DNA of 64,000 bases from Flavobacteriales bacterium. GTDB taxonomy: Bacteria; Bacteroidota; Bacteroidia; Palsa-965. Shown here in pieces: positions 40,031-50,200 of the stretch. The stretch spans positions 64,001 through 128,000 of the forward strand of contig JBEIPA010000003.1 of assembly GCA_040377305.1 (NCBI GenBank). The letters are read 5' to 3'. How positions within the stretch are numbered: the first letter of the stretch is position 1; each line of letters begins with the position of its first letter. The position numbers and the translations under genes were made by a program. Under the pieces are notes generated by a model, which was not told where the DNA came from, did no database searches, and saw only the letters and a program-made list of their open reading frames with translations.

Positions 40031-40902
40031 GCACAGAATTTGAAAACAGCAGCGTTGACCTCGAGCAATTGCTTCGCACGAAATCGTGGGAGCAACTGAG
40101 TGAGGCGGAGCGCACCGAAATGTTGACCGTTGTTTCTGGTCGCGAAGAATACATGCGCATGTTCGCAATGACCAATCAGCTCATGTCTGGAAGCGGTGTG
40201 CACGATGAGGATTTGAAACCCGCTGAGAATATTCGGGAGAATCTGATGAATGCATTTGCCGGAGAGCAGCGCAAGCGACGTGCAGCATGGTGGAGCAGTC
40301 TTTGGTACGGTTTGAGCGACAAGCTTCGTTTTGATATTCCGATGGTGCGCATTGCAGTTGCAGCTGTATTATTGCTTGCAGGTGTATTTGGTGTTGCGAA
40401 GTTGATGGAAAATAACGGCGAACCACGGATTGTGAACGCTCCGCAGATTAACACCAATGATGGGAATGCAAATCCGGCACCAACAAACGATAACAACATT
40501 GTTGAGCAGCCGGTGAATAATGTACCTGTTCCAAATCCCGACCAGCAGGTTGTGGTTGACTCGCAGGTGAATCTGAATACGCCTCAGGTTGCAATAGTTA
40601 ATCCGAATGTTCCGCAGAACAATATCATTCAGGATTCAACACCGCAGTACATCACCGCATTCACGAACAACGGGCAGCCGCTGATTGTAGATTCCAATAT
40701 GTTGGTTCTCCCCACAGCAACGTTCAACGCTACGAATTTCTGCTGCGCCACGTCGAATGGTACACTGAGTTTAACCACTAACGGAGGAAGCAATATCCAA
40801 TGGACTCCAACCGCAACCGCAACAGTAATTGGTTTGCCTGTACGTTCACGTTCATTGCAGAGTGATGCGGATGTGTTGGATGTGTTCTTTGCCGTGAAAT
40901 AG
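40027..40902 (+). CDS. Putative anti-sigma factor (single TM, N/Q/P-rich extracytoplasmic tail)
   Basis: ATGA overlap with ECF sigma; cytoplasmic N-terminus, TM IAVAAVLLLAGVFGVA. Confidence 0.65.
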   Translation: MSTEFENSSVDLEQLLRTKSWEQLSEAERTEMLTVVSGREEYMRMFAMTNQLMSGSGVHDEDLKPAENIRENLMNAFAGEQRKRRAAWWSSLWYGLSDKLRFDIPMVRIAVAAVLLLAGVFGVAKLMENNGEPRIVNAPQINTNDGNANPAPTNDNNIVEQPVNNVPVPNPDQQVVVDSQVNLNTPQVAIVNPNVPQNNIIQDSTPQYITAFTNNGQPLIVDSNMLVLPTATFNATNFCCATSNGTLSLTTNGGSNIQWTPTATATVIGLPVRSRSLQSDADVLDVFFAVK

Positions 40903-41000
40903 TTCCTTGTCCGTGCCATTTGGAGATGATGTTCGGATTATTGAATCAGCATCCTGTCGCGGTGTTGTGACTTGACAACTGCGCTCATCCGATCATCAAA

Positions 41001-42332
41001 TTATTTTATCATCCCATCATTAGTCGGAGAGCCAGGAATCTTCCCAAACGCATCCCAATATTTCTCTTTCGTCATTTCCGACCAATGAATAAGGTGATAG
41101 CGATATTGCCACGTCTGAAACTGGCAGAATAAAGTCAGCACAACGATCAGAGAAATCACTGTGTTTTTCACCGCGCGAACCTTGATGTAGCTGATCAGGA
41201 AATACAGCAGCAAAGCAAAGATCGGCAAGTACTCCACAATAACACGCGTACCGAAGCTGCCGCCGTAGAACCACATCCACCAACAGGACAGAATATACAT
41301 CACTCCCAGAAGAAATGCAGATGCGAATACAGCTTTGCTCTTGTCTTTCTTCCACAGCTGTGCAATTCCGAACAAAGCCACAAATGTGATTGGCAAATAC
41401 ACAAACAAACCTTTCTTGTAGCTAAACAGGAAGTCGATCAGATGCGGTTGTGTGAAATGAAATGCTTCGTCACCATACGAGTTGTAGAACCATTCACCAG
41501 TTTGAATTTTCCAGATGATCATCTGAATGAAAAACGGAAGAAAGATCCAGATAGGGGCAAGGATGGCATGACGTGTTGAACGCAAAAGCGAAAGCTTGTG
41601 CTGCCAAAGCTTCATTACACCACCAGCTTCATAGATCAACCAGAATCCGATCAGCACATTCACCGGACGAACGAGGGCAATCATTCCGAATGCCAATGCT
41701 GCTTTTATCGCTGATGATTTATCGCTGCTGTCAATCCACTTTTTCCCGAAGTACAAAAATAGGCTCACCAGCGAGAACGAGTAGAGGTGAGACATCGTCG
41801 GTTCAATGATCGTGTAGTAGAAAAGATTCGTCCCGAAGAAAATCACGTACAGCACAAACGCCGACTGATCTTCTTTCGCTCCATGTGCGTGAAGAAACTT
41901 TCTCAGGTAGTGTAGTCCGACTGCAAGCCAGAACAACGCTCCAATACAGGTGAAAATTACATACCACTTGCTATATCCGTCTGCGGGTTGATCGCTCATC
42001 AAAGTCACAGCATGACCCGCAAGAAAGAACGGGAGTTGCATGATTGCCACTCCGCTGAAATATTTGTCAATGGGTTTTCCCGGTTCTCCAGCACGATAAT
42101 CGTATTTCACGTGCTCATCGTAATACTTCGCTTCAATGGTGTCGAAGAATCCGAAGCTGAGATCGTGATAAATGAATACTGCGGGCAAATAGCTGTAATA
42201 TCCTTTTCCATCGGAAATGATGGTGTACTTGCGCCCTTGTTCGCTCCATTTCAGGTTCGAGGAACTAAACAATCCGATCAGCAAAATGATTGGAATGCAA
42301 AAACGGGAGAAGATGTGTGAAACGGGACGCAC
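41001..42332 (-). CDS. Polytopic membrane protein, GT-C (PMT/ArnT-like) glycosyltransferase candidate
   Basis: SDG.GYY.YLP.FI..DL, GT.L.YY, VRP.N, GLF.Y.P, WW.W.YGGSFG.R; TATCTTTG at 42337-42344 (minus). Confidence 0.7.
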   Translation of the reverse strand: MRPVSHIFSRFCIPIILLIGLFSSSNLKWSEQGRKYTIISDGKGYYSYLPAVFIYHDLSFGFFDTIEAKYYDEHVKYDYRAGEPGKPIDKYFSGVAIMQLPFFLAGHAVTLMSDQPADGYSKWYVIFTCIGALFWLAVGLHYLRKFLHAHGAKEDQSAFVLYVIFFGTNLFYYTIIEPTMSHLYSFSLVSLFLYFGKKWIDSSDKSSAIKAALAFGMIALVRPVNVLIGFWLIYEAGGVMKLWQHKLSLLRSTRHAILAPIWIFLPFFIQMIIWKIQTGEWFYNSYGDEAFHFTQPHLIDFLFSYKKGLFVYLPITFVALFGIAQLWKKDKSKAVFASAFLLGVMYILSCWWMWFYGGSFGTRVIVEYLPIFALLLYFLISYIKVRAVKNTVISLIVVLTLFCQFQTWQYRYHLIHWSEMTKEKYWDAFGKIPGSPTNDGMIK

Positions 42333-42390
42333 GAGTCAAAGATAAACTGTTCTAGGTTCTAAGTTCCCGGTTGGAATAACTGTAAAACAA

Positions 42391-42415
42391 AAGGGTTCTT
42401 TGTATAGAACCCCTT
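42391..42415 (-). terminator. Terminator-like hairpin after ahpC
   Basis: AAGGGTTCT-ttgtat-AGAACCCCTT. Confidence 0.55.
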
Positions 42416-42445
42416 GTGCAATTACATCTAAACTTGAACCTATTT

Positions 42446-42475
42446 CTGAGAACTGAGAACTGAGAACTGAGAACT
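42446..42475. repeat. Perfect heptamer tandem repeat (CTGAGAA)x4
   Basis: ctgagaa x4; complementary degenerate tract GTTCTAG GTTCTAA GTTCCCG at 42349-42369. Confidence 0.85.
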
Positions 42476-43107
42476 TAGTGTGCGGCAAGATATTCTGCCA
42501 CTCCTTTGTGCGTTGCTTTCATTCCGCTCTTGCCTTTCGTCCAGTTAGCAGGACAAACTTCTCCGTGTTCTTCATTGAACTGAAGCGCGTCAACCACACG
42601 AATCGCTTCATCAACATTGCGTCCGATAGGAAGATCGTTAATCAACTGATGACGAACAAGTCCGTTTTTGTCAATGAGGAACAAGCCACGGTATGCAATC
42701 ATTTCAGATGATGCTACCATCAATCCTTCTTCCGATGCATCAAAAGTTCCGTTCAGTACACCGAAGTTGTAAGAGATTGTCTTGTTGGTATCTGCAACGA
42801 TCGGGTAAGTTACACCCTGAATGCCACCTTCTTTTTTCGGCATCTGTAACCAGCCCCAATGGCTCTGTTCTGTGTCTGTAGAACATGCTACCACTGCAAC
42901 ATTGCGGCTTTCAAATTCCCCAAGTGCTTCCTGAAAAGCATGGAGTTCAGAAGGACATACGAATGTGAAATCTTTCGGGTAGAAGAAGAAGATAACGTGT
43001 TGTTTTCCGATAAACTGATCGAGAGAGAAATCGTTCACGATATCCTTTCCGTTTACTACTGCACTTGCTTTGAATGACGGCGCTTTTTTTCCAACGAGTA
43101 CTTGCAT
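42475..43107 (-). CDS. ahpC: 2-Cys peroxiredoxin (AhpC/Prx1)
   Basis: FYPKDFTFVCP, RGLFLID, GRNVDE, GEVCPANW. Confidence 0.95.
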   Translation of the reverse strand: MQVLVGKKAPSFKASAVVNGKDIVNDFSLDQFIGKQHVIFFFYPKDFTFVCPSELHAFQEALGEFESRNVAVVACSTDTEQSHWGWLQMPKKEGGIQGVTYPIVADTNKTISYNFGVLNGTFDASEEGLMVASSEMIAYRGLFLIDKNGLVRHQLINDLPIGRNVDEAIRVVDALQFNEEHGEVCPANWTKGKSGMKATHKGVAEYLAAH

Positions 43108-43320
43108 GATAATTTAAATTTTTAAGTGTGTATATCGACGTGTGGCGGTATTGAAGTTTCTGACCTAATTCCGCCAAACGCCCGCAAAATTACTCACGAA
43201 ATGGGTGCTGAATGTATAAAAATTATCTATACTGTAGGGATATGTATTGATAAATGTGATGCGTCGCCCTTCGAAGTAGTTTCAATTTTTCTAATCTTCG
43301 AATTCAAATCAGAAAACACC

Positions 43321-43791
43321 ATGCCAACTGTCGGTCAACCCGCGCCTGAATTCTCTCTCTACAACACGGAGAAAAAGCAAATCAACCTAAAAGATTTACG
43401 TGGCAAAAACGTACTTCTTCTTTTCGTTCCGTATGCATTTACCGGAACCTGCACGAAGGAGCTTTGCATGGTTCGCGATGACATCACTTATTTTGATCAC
43501 ATGGATGCCGTCGTTTTCGGAATCGCTGTTGATACGCCGTATGCACTCGCGAAGTGGAAAGAAGAACAGCGACTGAACATGGATTTGCTTTCCGATTTCA
43601 ATAAGGAGGCTATGACCGCATACGATACGAAGTATGATGTATTCGGAGCTTTCCAGTATCGCGGTGTCGCAAAACGTTCAGCGTTTGTGATTGACAAAGA
43701 AGGTGTTCTTCGTTATTCCGAAGTTTTAGAAAACGCCGGCGACATTCCGAGTTTTGATGCTATCAAGGCCTGTTTGGAAACTCTGAGATAG
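43321..43791 (+). CDS. Peroxiredoxin (AhpE/BCP-like redoxin)
   Basis: Start reassigned to ATG 43321; VGQPAPEF, PYAFTGTCTKELC, LLSDFN, RSAFVID. Confidence 0.9.
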   Translation: MPTVGQPAPEFSLYNTEKKQINLKDLRGKNVLLLFVPYAFTGTCTKELCMVRDDITYFDHMDAVVFGIAVDTPYALAKWKEEQRLNMDLLSDFNKEAMTAYDTKYDVFGAFQYRGVAKRSAFVIDKEGVLRYSEVLENAGDIPSFDAIKACLETLR

Positions 43792-43796
43792 AAATT

Positions 43797-43988
43797 GGAA
43801 CGCTGATTTTTATTTACGCGACTTGTTAGTCCTTCACTCGGATCACTCTGCTGAATACTTCGTGCGGGTATTGGATTTTATGAGATAAACTTAAGCCTAT
43901 CTCATAAAATCAAAATTCCAAATTCTCTATTCACCCTAAACATCCGGGAAAAGTAGTAGAAAACAACGGACATCAAAATCCGCGTTCC
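43797..43988. repeat. MITE/REP-like element between convergent genes
   Basis: Terminal IR GGAACGCTGATTTT / AAAATCCGCGTTCC (13/14 match); internal perfect 14-bp IR GATTTTATGAGATA (43874-43887) / TATCTCATAAAATC (43898-43911). Confidence 0.6.
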
Positions 43989-43990
43989 TA

Positions 43991-45415
43991 TTAGTGCGCA
44001 CTAACGGCTTTTTTATCGAAGTCAATCCCTTGCGATTTCAAAATAGAGGTTGCCTTCCAGGCGTAAAACGCGAGGTAAAGAAAACAACCCACACCAACGA
44101 GGTAACTGTACTGAATTCCAAGTAGGTCATCAGCCGAAAGAACTCCCTGTAGCAAGGCAATAAGCCCACCGCCCATGATCATCATGATCAAAAAGCCGGA
44201 ACCTTGATTCGTATGTCTTCCCAATCCTGCAATTGCCAGCGTAAATATGCATGGCCACAAAGTGCTGCAAAAAAGCCCGACGCTGATGAACGCAAAAACA
44301 CTGACCATTCCACTCGTGAACATGCCCACGAAAAGTGCGATGATTCCTGCGGCCGAGAAAATTAAGAGCTGTCGCGCCGGATTCCCTTTACTTAAAAAGT
44401 CAGCTATGATCAACGCAAGAATTACCAATCCATATACGTAGAATGGAGTCGGATCTGTTCCCGCAATCCAGTTCACAAACAGGAAAAATGCAAAAGCGAT
44501 GTAAGGAACTAGGAAACTCATAATTGCTTTCGACTCTTTTTTCATGGGGAAAGTACCGACGGAAGAAGTCCACCGACCAATCATTAAGCTGGCCCAGAAC
44601 AAGGATACATACGGTGCAATATTGGCCGTTTGAGTTCCCAGTTTTTGCTTCATGTACTCGGGCAGATTGCTCGCAGTACTCACTTCGACTCCAACATAAA
44701 CGAAGATGGCGATCATTCCTAGTACGAGTTGCGGATAGTTCCATGCGCTTCCTCGGTCTTGTACGTTCGACCGAACCTCCTTATCCGTAGCCGCTTCAAT
44801 CCTATCGGGAATAGATGAGAACTTGAACATGACGGCAACGAGAAGGAACGCAGCTGCCAGTATGAGGTAAGGTACTTTTACACTTTCAAGGTCCAGTGTT
44901 GATCCTCCTTTGATTGAACCGAAAATCGCGAAACTAATCAGGAGAGGTCCGATTGTTGTTCCAATATTATTAATGCCACCTGCGAGGCTAAGTCTTTGCG
45001 AACCTTTTGTTGGATCACCCATTACAATTGCTAACGGATTGGCTGCAGTCTGCTGAAGTGAAAAGCCCAAGGCAACTATGAACAAGGCCGTAAGCATTAA
45101 TCCAAATGATGCCGTTTCTGCCGCTGGATAAAATAGTAGCGCGCCCATTGCAGAAATACACAGCCCTGTAGCGATTCCATTTTTATATCCCATTCGGTTC
45201 AATAGATCCCCGCGACGACCTGAGGATATGATCAGGTAAATGATGGAGCCCACCGTATACGCCACGTAAAATGCTACATCGATAAGTTGCACTTGCCACT
45301 GAAGTAATCCGAGTTTTTCCTTATACACCGGGATTAGAATTCCGTTGCTGGCTGCAACAAATCCCCAAAAGAAGAATACCGATATAAGGGTGAGAAGCGG
45401 TCGGTTTATGTGCAT
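43991..45415 (-). CDS. MFS sugar transporter (FucP/GluP family)
   Basis: FFFWGF, GYKNG...GL, QTAANP, AIFVYVGVEV, MIGR, WP.IF.LA; start taken at MHINRP. Confidence 0.92.
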   Translation of the reverse strand: MHINRPLLTLISVFFFWGFVAASNGILIPVYKEKLGLLQWQVQLIDVAFYVAYTVGSIIYLIISSGRRGDLLNRMGYKNGIATGLCISAMGALLFYPAAETASFGLMLTALFIVALGFSLQQTAANPLAIVMGDPTKGSQRLSLAGGINNIGTTIGPLLISFAIFGSIKGGSTLDLESVKVPYLILAAAFLLVAVMFKFSSIPDRIEAATDKEVRSNVQDRGSAWNYPQLVLGMIAIFVYVGVEVSTASNLPEYMKQKLGTQTANIAPYVSLFWASLMIGRWTSSVGTFPMKKESKAIMSFLVPYIAFAFFLFVNWIAGTDPTPFYVYGLVILALIIADFLSKGNPARQLLIFSAAGIIALFVGMFTSGMVSVFAFISVGLFCSTLWPCIFTLAIAGLGRHTNQGSGFLIMMIMGGGLIALLQGVLSADDLLGIQYSYLVGVGCFLYLAFYAWKATSILKSQGIDFDKKAVSAH

Positions 45416-45449
45416 AATCGCGATTATTTGCCTAAAAGTAGCGGAAATC

Positions 45450-45538
45450 GGCATTAAGGCACTGGGTTATTGGGGTATTCGATCATTGGTTTTGAAAAGT
45501 TATACCCAAATACCCTAATGCCCCAATGCCTTAATTCC
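45450..45538. repeat. Inverted pair of 8-mer repeat tracts between divergent genes
   Basis: ggcattaa ggcactgg gttattgg ggtatt ... atacccaa atacccta atgcccca atgcctta attcc. Confidence 0.7.
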
Positions 45539-45687
45539 GTTCGGGTTAGCGGTCGCCACCAACGTGGAATATTCATCTGCGAACGCGTTTTGTAACCCGA
45601 CCAAACAGCCTTTCTTTTTGAAAATTGCCAGATTTTGACTTACTTGCGTCGACTTTTAAAACACCCTACTTAACGCTACGGAATTCA

Positions 45688-46575
45688 ATGAAAGTACAGT
45701 TCAGATTAGCTGCAGTTATGGTCATTGCGTTTGCATCGATGACCGCCTGCTCTCCCAACGAAGGTGATGGTGGAGATTCAGATTCTCCAATCCAGGAAAC
45801 TATTGACGTGAACAACTTCAGAGTGAAAGGGCAGAATTTCATGATGCCTTCTCCGATGCAGATCGCCAATATGATCCAGAAAAGTGGATCTAACTACAAC
45901 AAAGCGATGCTTAATCCTGTTGCGGGCGCTTCGAAATATACGGAAAGCATGAAGCAAGCGCTCAACCTCGGTGTTTATGGGGCTGATCTTGGTTACATCA
46001 CCATGTACAGTAACACGCAGGACGCACTGGAGTATTACAAAACCGTTAATACACTGGCTGATCAGTTGAAAATCACTGCTAGTTTCGATCCAACCCTTCT
46101 CAAACGTTTCAGCGATAACATCGCGAACAAAGATTCAATCATGTCATTGGTTGGTGAAGCTTTCCGTCGCAGTGATAATTTCCTTCGTGATAGCGAACAG
46201 GATCACCTCGCAACATTGATTTTGGCTGGCGGATGGGTGGAGTCAATGTACTTTGCATTGAACACATATAAGGCTGAGCCAAATAATCAGGATATGGCTA
46301 TTCGAATTGGAGAACAGAAAACTACTTCTGCGGGATTGTTGAAACTGCTTGTAGAAAGCGAAAAGCCTGAGTTTGCTGAGCTCATTACGCTCATGCAGGC
46401 ATTGGATGCTGAATATCAGAAAGTGGAAATCAAATACACGTTTGCTGATCCTGTTCACGATGAAGGTGCTCACGTAACTACAATCAACGGAACAACGGAC
46501 GTGAAGATTTCTCCGGAACTACTTGCTGCTCTGCTGGAAAAAGTAACTGCGGTACGTAACTATATTGTCAACTAG
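45688..46575 (+). CDS. Conserved-looking all-helical lipoprotein
   Basis: Start reassigned to ATG 45688; lipobox MTAC; PSP.Q, ALNLGVYGADLGY, LILAGGWVES, IGEQK motifs. Confidence 0.8.
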   Translation: MKVQFRLAAVMVIAFASMTACSPNEGDGGDSDSPIQETIDVNNFRVKGQNFMMPSPMQIANMIQKSGSNYNKAMLNPVAGASKYTESMKQALNLGVYGADLGYITMYSNTQDALEYYKTVNTLADQLKITASFDPTLLKRFSDNIANKDSIMSLVGEAFRRSDNFLRDSEQDHLATLILAGGWVESMYFALNTYKAEPNNQDMAIRIGEQKTTSAGLLKLLVESEKPEFAELITLMQALDAEYQKVEIKYTFADPVHDEGAHVTTINGTTDVKISPELLAALLEKVTAVRNYIVN

Positions 46576-46595
46576 ATTTTCCCTCTGAACGATAT

Positions 46596-46634
46596 GAAAT
46601 CCGGATGGTAGCGTCAGGATTCACGAATTCGAAA
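46596..46634 (+). repeat. Upstream motif shared with 51144-51181
   Basis: GAAATCC-ggatggtagcgtca-GGATTCACGAATTCGAAA. Confidence 0.55.
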
Positions 46635-46652
46635 TTGAAAACATAAGATACC

Positions 46653-47105
46653 ATGAGTAAAAAAATATTTGGTCTCGTAATTCTACTCGCTGCAGGAATC
46701 ACTGCACTGGCTCCGAATACAAATGCACAGGAAATGTGTGCGAACACGGCGAAATTATGTGCTGCACACATTGTAGCTCCTTTCGTTTCCGACGGACAAA
46801 CTTACCGTGCATTCGTTACAGCCGGTCAGGATGCTCAGTTCAATGCTACTTTCTTCGCTGGTACAACATACCGCGTGGCAGGTGCAACCGGAGAAACAGA
46901 AGGCAACCTTACTTTCTCTTTGTATTCTGTGGACCCGAATACTGGTCAGCACGACATGATCTTCACGAACAGTCAGCACAACAACGCTCCTTATTGGGAC
47001 TTTAAAGTAAATTCTACCGTAGAAGTAGCAATTACGGCAACACTTAACCCTGCTTCAGGCAAGGAATCGGGTTGCGCAGTTGTCCTCGTAGGATTCAAGC
47101 AATAA
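46653..47105 (+). CDS. Small secreted beta-sandwich protein with Cys pairs
   Basis: Signal peptide ending NAQ; C...C..PFVSDGQ.Y, TYRV, YWDF, GC.V..VGFK. Confidence 0.75.
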   Translation: MSKKIFGLVILLAAGITALAPNTNAQEMCANTAKLCAAHIVAPFVSDGQTYRAFVTAGQDAQFNATFFAGTTYRVAGATGETEGNLTFSLYSVDPNTGQHDMIFTNSQHNNAPYWDFKVNSTVEVAITATLNPASGKESGCAVVLVGFKQ

Positions 47106-47120
47106 AATTTACATTAAGAT

Positions 47121-47156
47121 AAAGCCCGCTCTGTCCTCGACGGAAGCGGGTTTTTT
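47121..47156 (+). terminator. Intrinsic terminator
   Basis: AAAGCCCGCT...AGCGGGTTTTTT. Confidence 0.75.
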
Positions 47157-47297
47157 ATGTGCCGGCTCTAAGGAGTGACATTCACCCATACATGTGCCAA
47201 CACAACAACGAAAACTAATTGTCATATCAACACATTCGCATCTCGGCACATCGGATATTTTTCTATTTTTAAGCATTCTTGCTACTACGATTAATTT

Positions 47298-50200
47298 ATG
47301 AGTGAACGAATACTAAAAGCCTTAATGCAGCTTTTCGCAATCATTGCGAGAGTTGATGGCGTAACTTCTGCGAGTCGTGGCATCGTTGAATCGTTCCTCA
47401 AACAGCAACTCAGCTTAGATCTTGTTGATGAATACCTCCGCGTATTCGACGATTTTCTGGAGCAGCATCATCAGGTTTCAAAACGAAAAGATGGTGGAGC
47501 AAAACGTACATCTCTCGCTTCAGTAAAAGTTCTTCGTATCTGTACCCAGATCAACGAAGAGCTCGCGCAGAAACAGAAGGTGGTCGTGTTGTTGCGACTA
47601 ATTGAATTCATCCACTCAAGTAATGATATTTCTGAACAGGAATTAGAATTCGTTCAGACAGTCTCTGAAACATTCAACATCGAGAATGAAGAGTTTCTTC
47701 GCATGCGAGCTTTCGTTGAAAAGCCAATCGAAGAGATGCTGGATAAGGAAGAGTTCCTCGTTATCGATGGGAAAGCGGAACAGAAGTTTGATCACGCACA
47801 CCATATTTACGTTGACTCGATGGGTGGCGGAAGTGTGTGCGCTATCTCCATTCCTTCAGTGGGAATGTATGCGTGCCGTTACTTCGGTGGAACAGAACTT
47901 AACCTGAACGGACAAGCAATGATTCCGAACAAGGTGTACATCCTTACACCAGGTTCATCACTGCGTAGCTCGAAAGTTCAGCCGATTTATTACAGCGATA
48001 TTATCAGTGCGTACATGAGCCGTGGTACACGTACACGTATCACGTTCAACGCAAACAATATTGAATTTGCTTTCAAAGGCGGCAAGCTTGGATTGCGTGG
48101 TGTAAACATTCACGAAGAATCCGGTAAGCTCATTGGAATTATGGGTGGTTCAGGTGCGGGTAAATCTACACTCCTGAACGTACTCAATAGTAACGAAGTT
48201 CCGACCAAGGGTGAAGTGCTGATCAACGGCATCGACATTCACCGTCAGAAAGACAAAATCGAAGGCGTAATCGGAATGGTTTCTCAGGATGACTTGCTCA
48301 TCGAAGAACTCACTGTATTTCAGAACTTATTTTATAACGCAAAACTTTGCTTCGGAAACTGGCCTGATCAAAGAATCATCGAAACAGTAGATGAGCTTCT
48401 TTCAGATCTTGGTCTCGATCAGGCGCGCAACCTCAAAGTGGGTTCGCCACTCGATAAAAAGATTTCCGGTGGACAACGTAAGCGTCTCAACATTGCACTC
48501 GAATTGATTCGTGAACCATCTGTTCTCTTCGTGGATGAACCTACATCAGGTCTTTCTTCCCGCGATTCGGAGAACATCATGGACTTATTAAAAGAGCTCG
48601 CGCTGAAAGGCAAGCTCGTGTTCGTTGTAATTCACCAGCCTTCTTCCGACATCTTCAAGATGTTTGATAAGCTCCTGATTCTCGACGTAGGTGGTTTCCC
48701 GATTTATTACGGAAACCCGGTTGACGCAGTAGTTTACTTCAAGAAGATGGTAAACCATGTAAACAGCGATGAGAGTGAATGTCCGACGTGCGGTAACGTA
48801 AACCCCGAACAGATATTCAACATCATCGAGGGCAAGGTGGTGGATGAATACGGAAATCCTACACGGAACAGAAAAGTTTCTGCGGCGGAGTGGAACAAGT
48901 TTTACAAAGAACACATTGAGGAAAAAGCAGATGCTCTTCCTCCTTCAGCTGAAAATCCGGAGAGTACGTTCAATATTCCGAATAAGCTCAAGCAATTCAT
49001 CGTGTTTTGCACGCGTGATATCCGCTCCAAGCTGACCAATACGCAGTACATGTTAATCAACATGCTTGAGGCGCCTGTACTTGCATTCATTCTAGCATAC
49101 CTCGTGAAGTTCTGGAATACGGATGTGTCAAATAAAGACGGTTACGTTTTCCGGGCGAACGAAAACATGCCAGCGTATTTGTTCATGTCGGTTGTGGTTG
49201 CACTCTTCATCGGTCTCACGGTTTCTGCAGAAGAAATTATTCGCGACCGTAAAATCCTGAAACGCGAATCGTTCCTTAACCTGAGCCGTTCGTCGTATTT
49301 GTTCTCGAAGATTTCAATCATGTTCGTGTTGTCGGCAATTCAGACTTTCACGTTCATTCTCGTTGGGAATTTTGTACTCGGCATCCAGGACATGTGGATG
49401 GATTACTGGCTGGTGTTATTCTCTACGAGCTGTTTCGCGAATATGCTTGGTCTGAACATTTCATCAGCGTTCAATTCTGCTGTTACGATTTACATTTTGA
49501 TTCCGTTCCTGATTATCCCGCAGCTCTTGTTGTCGGGTGTAATCGTGAAATTCGAAAAGCTGAATCCGGATATCACTTCTCAAAGTACTGTTCCGGTTGC
49601 GGGTGAAATGATGGCATCGCGTTGGGCTTTCGAAGCACTTGCTGTGAATCAGTTCATGAAAAACGAATACGAGAAGCAGTTCTATAAGTACGACGAGATG
49701 ATGAGTATCTCCGACTTCCGCAAGAACTACTGGATTCCGCATCTCCGTGGCAAAATCGACAAGTGCGAAACGAATGCGAAGAACGGCGACAAAACTGCGG
49801 AACAAACAGCAGACATTGAACTGATCAAGTCGGAAATCACACTTGACCTTGCCCGATTGAAAGAGCTCATGAACCGTAAGAAGATCGCAACGATCGCAAC
49901 TACGCTCATGACTCAGCTCGAAGGTCTCGAAGGAAAAGTGAAAGCCTGCGATGCATCGAAGTTTGCTACTGAAAATGCAAACGACATGCGCAACTACCTG
50001 AACCTGGTGAATTCGGTTTACATCAAAGTGTTCAACTCAAACAGCGAAGCACGCGATAAATCAATCCGCGATAAGAACAAAACCGACGCCGACAAAGAAG
50101 CATTTGTGAAGCTGAAGAATGATTACATGAATGAAGCGATGGCTGATCTGGTTCGTAATGCGAATGAGTTCAACAAGATCATCGAACAGGACGGTAAACT

